Positions 61,806-64,000 of a stretch of DNA of 64,000 nt are shown here, piece after piece. The DNA comes from Paraspadella gotoi (taxonomy: Eukaryota; Animalia; Chaetognatha): the NCBI GenBank assembly GCA_051294375.1, contig CM119270.1, positions 897,238 through 961,237 on the forward strand, written 5' to 3'. Each line of letters opens with the position of its first letter. Position 1 is the first letter of the stretch. The notes below the pieces were generated by a model. It was not told the origin of the DNA and did not search any database. It worked only from the letters and a program-made list of their open reading frames with translations. A program made the translations under genes and the position numbers.

Positions 61806-64000
61806 ATGTCTACGAAGACAGATCTGATGGAGCGATCAAAGTAAGTCGGAGGAATTACGATGGGCATCGGAGATAATTTTTAGAAATTGTTAAAACAAAG
61901 TTCATCAGTAGGGTTAAGTTGTTTGTAAACGTTCTCTCTTTTTAGTTTTGTGAAGAGCCAAATAACATTCAACAATCGCATTTATGTTTCAAACCGCTTA
62001 GTACTCTACTCTCAACGATTAGTACTTTTTTTTTATTCCTACAATATGTAAAGATCACAGAGGAAAACAAATTCTAAGCTAAATTCTTTAATTCCCTTTA
62101 AAGTCCCGACGCTCCGACGGCCTTCGACGTCGGAGCCCTCAACTCCCCACTCGAGGACGACCTGGTGCAAGAGGCCTTAAGGAAAGGGACCGATCTCCGC
62201 CAATACTCCAAGCAGATCGAGCAAGAGCTTCAAGACGTCGAGAATGCCTCCATCTCTGGTTCCAAAAAAATAGCCTTTTTATTTTCTTTCCTTTATTTAT
62301 ATTTTGACTCCTCTTCCCTCTTTATCCCCAGACTTCATCAAGGAGGCCTCCAATATCGCCAGCCTCCACGAACAGATCTGCTCCGTGGACGGGATCCTCG
62401 GCCGCATGGAGAGCATGCTCCACGGTTTCCAGGAGGATCTGGGAAACATTTCCTCGCAGATCCAAACTCTGCAGCAGCAGTCGGTCAACATGAACCTCCG
62501 CCTGAAGAATCGCCAGGCGGTGAAGGGAGAGTTGAGCCAATTCGTGGACGAGATGGTCATCGGCGACACTCTCGTCGAGGCCATCCTCGAGCTGCCCGTC
62601 ACGGACCGGGCTTTTCTCGAGAACCTTCACGAACTCCATCACAAGATAAACTTCGCCAAGGAACAGTCCTTCAAGGAGGCCCGGTCCTGCGGCGATATCA
62701 AGGACGTGCTGGAGAAGCTCAAATTCAAGGCCGTCGCTAAGATTCGCGAGTTTTTGCTGGGAAAGATCGCGGCCTTCAAGAAGCCGATGGCTAATTACCA
62801 GGTGAAGGAAGAGATATTGTGTGGCAGCAAGACTTAAAGCTGCCTCACTGCTGTCCGTCCTCAGCCTCGTCTCAATAGCTGAGCAGGCTAAATCATCTGT
62901 CTCCATCATCTGTCTCCATGATTGCAACCGTTCCTCTCGGGTTCAATCCCTGGGTATCCCGGTTCTGGCTTAAATGTGACGGAGCCGGTCACTGAAAGTC
63001 CGCAGCCCGTACGCCCGTTGGTGAGATACCCCGCGCCCTGGGTATCACAGGCAATCCTCCCGTTGCCATAATAGCACTTTTTTCAAAATTTAAATAGATT
63101 TCGAGCTCTTCAATTTTATCGACATATAGTAGTAATTTAAAACAACAGTATCGCCTTACTGGATAGCTAAAACTCACTGACAGCGTCGAAACTCTCCTCC
63201 TCTCAAAATATACTAAGCCGGACACGGAAGCGATTGTGTTCTGCTTTCCAAATGAGGAAGCCAATAGCCGTTTCATTATCCGTCCGATTATTTCCTCACT
63301 CACTATATTCCTCTTGATAGTTAAATTAGTTATTTTATATTAACTTCATTATTTCAAAACCCCCCCCTTTTCTCCCAGGTCCCCCAAAACGCCCTCCTCA
63401 AATCCCGCTTCTTCTTCGAGTTCCTCCTCGCCCATCAACGCGACGTCGCCAAGGAGATCAAGGAAGAGTACGTGGACACTCTCTCCAAAGTCTACTACTC
63501 CTACTTCAAGAGCTACCTCTCCCGCTTGACCCGGCTCCAGTTCGAGGAGGCGCCGGACCGTGACGACCTTCTGGGCGTGGAGGAAGGCGCCAAGCGAAGC
63601 CTCTTCGCCGCCAAGCCCGTCCTCAAGAACCGCTCCACCATCTTCACGCTGGAGTCGCGCGGGGAGGTGCTCGGGGAGGTGGAGGCGCCCATCATCGTGC
63701 CCCACGCCGCCGCGGATAACAAGACCAAGTGAAGGGGATTGACTGGAACCTGAGAAAATGGTTTTTAAAACTAACATAAGATCAAAAATCAAAATCCAGA
63801 TATCCCTTCGAGGCCCTCTTCCGCAGTCACCAATACGCCGTCCTGGACAATTGCTGCAGGGAATACCTTTTCCTCTGCGACTTTTTCATGGTGACGCCGT
63901 CGTCGTCTCAGGCTTTCGATCTTTTCACCGACGTCTTCGATCGAACCCTCGCCGTCTTCCTCAAACACGTGGACGGATTCACGTCGGAGACTTACGACAC
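61806..64000 (+). CDS. VPS52: GARP/EARP complex subunit VPS52, 3' truncated by the window edge; exons 61806-61840, 62104-62258, 62332-62801, 63379-63728, 63800-64000
   Basis: VQEALRKGTDLRQYSKQ, NIASLHEQI, KAVAKIREF, KPMANYQVPQ, EYVDTLSKVYYSY, YPFEALFRS, CREYLF. Confidence 0.95.
62876..63070 (+). mobile_element. tRNA-derived short element with an internally deleted twister remnant (same family as 27073-27316)
   Basis: A-box TAGCTGAGCAGG, B-box GGTTCAATCC (62940-62949), TAAATGT-GA-CGG...GGTCACTG..TCCGCAGC, and tail CCCGTTGCCATAA. Confidence 0.6.

Overview
Animal (invertebrate-type) nuclear DNA in two parts. Bases 1-13263 have no credible genes and look like unpolished, error-rich sequence, including a noisy fold-back centred near 2950 and a noisy tandem duplication at about 11.9-12.8 kb; they end at an N gap. 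From about 18.4 kb to the end, 12 genes are tightly packed and all on the + strand: INTS3 (with an unexpected C-terminal extended-PHD finger), LHFPL6-like, AAK1/BMP2K-like kinase, NSMCE1, two tandem CRLS1 copies, an orphan C2H2 gene, S6 kinase, BUB1, MRPL15, CACUL1 and VPS52 (partial). The arrangement suggests operons resolved by trans-splicing. The strongest signal is a 655-bp miniature LTR retroelement (TRIM) in BUB1 intron 6. Each LTR holds a 72-nt tRNA-like Pol III module followed by a type-P5 twister-ribozyme fold. Four more diverged copies of the twister fold, three with the tRNA-like head, lie elsewhere in the window and show compensatory pseudoknot changes. All exon models and RNA folds were derived by eye, and protein identities come from remembered family motifs rather than database searches.
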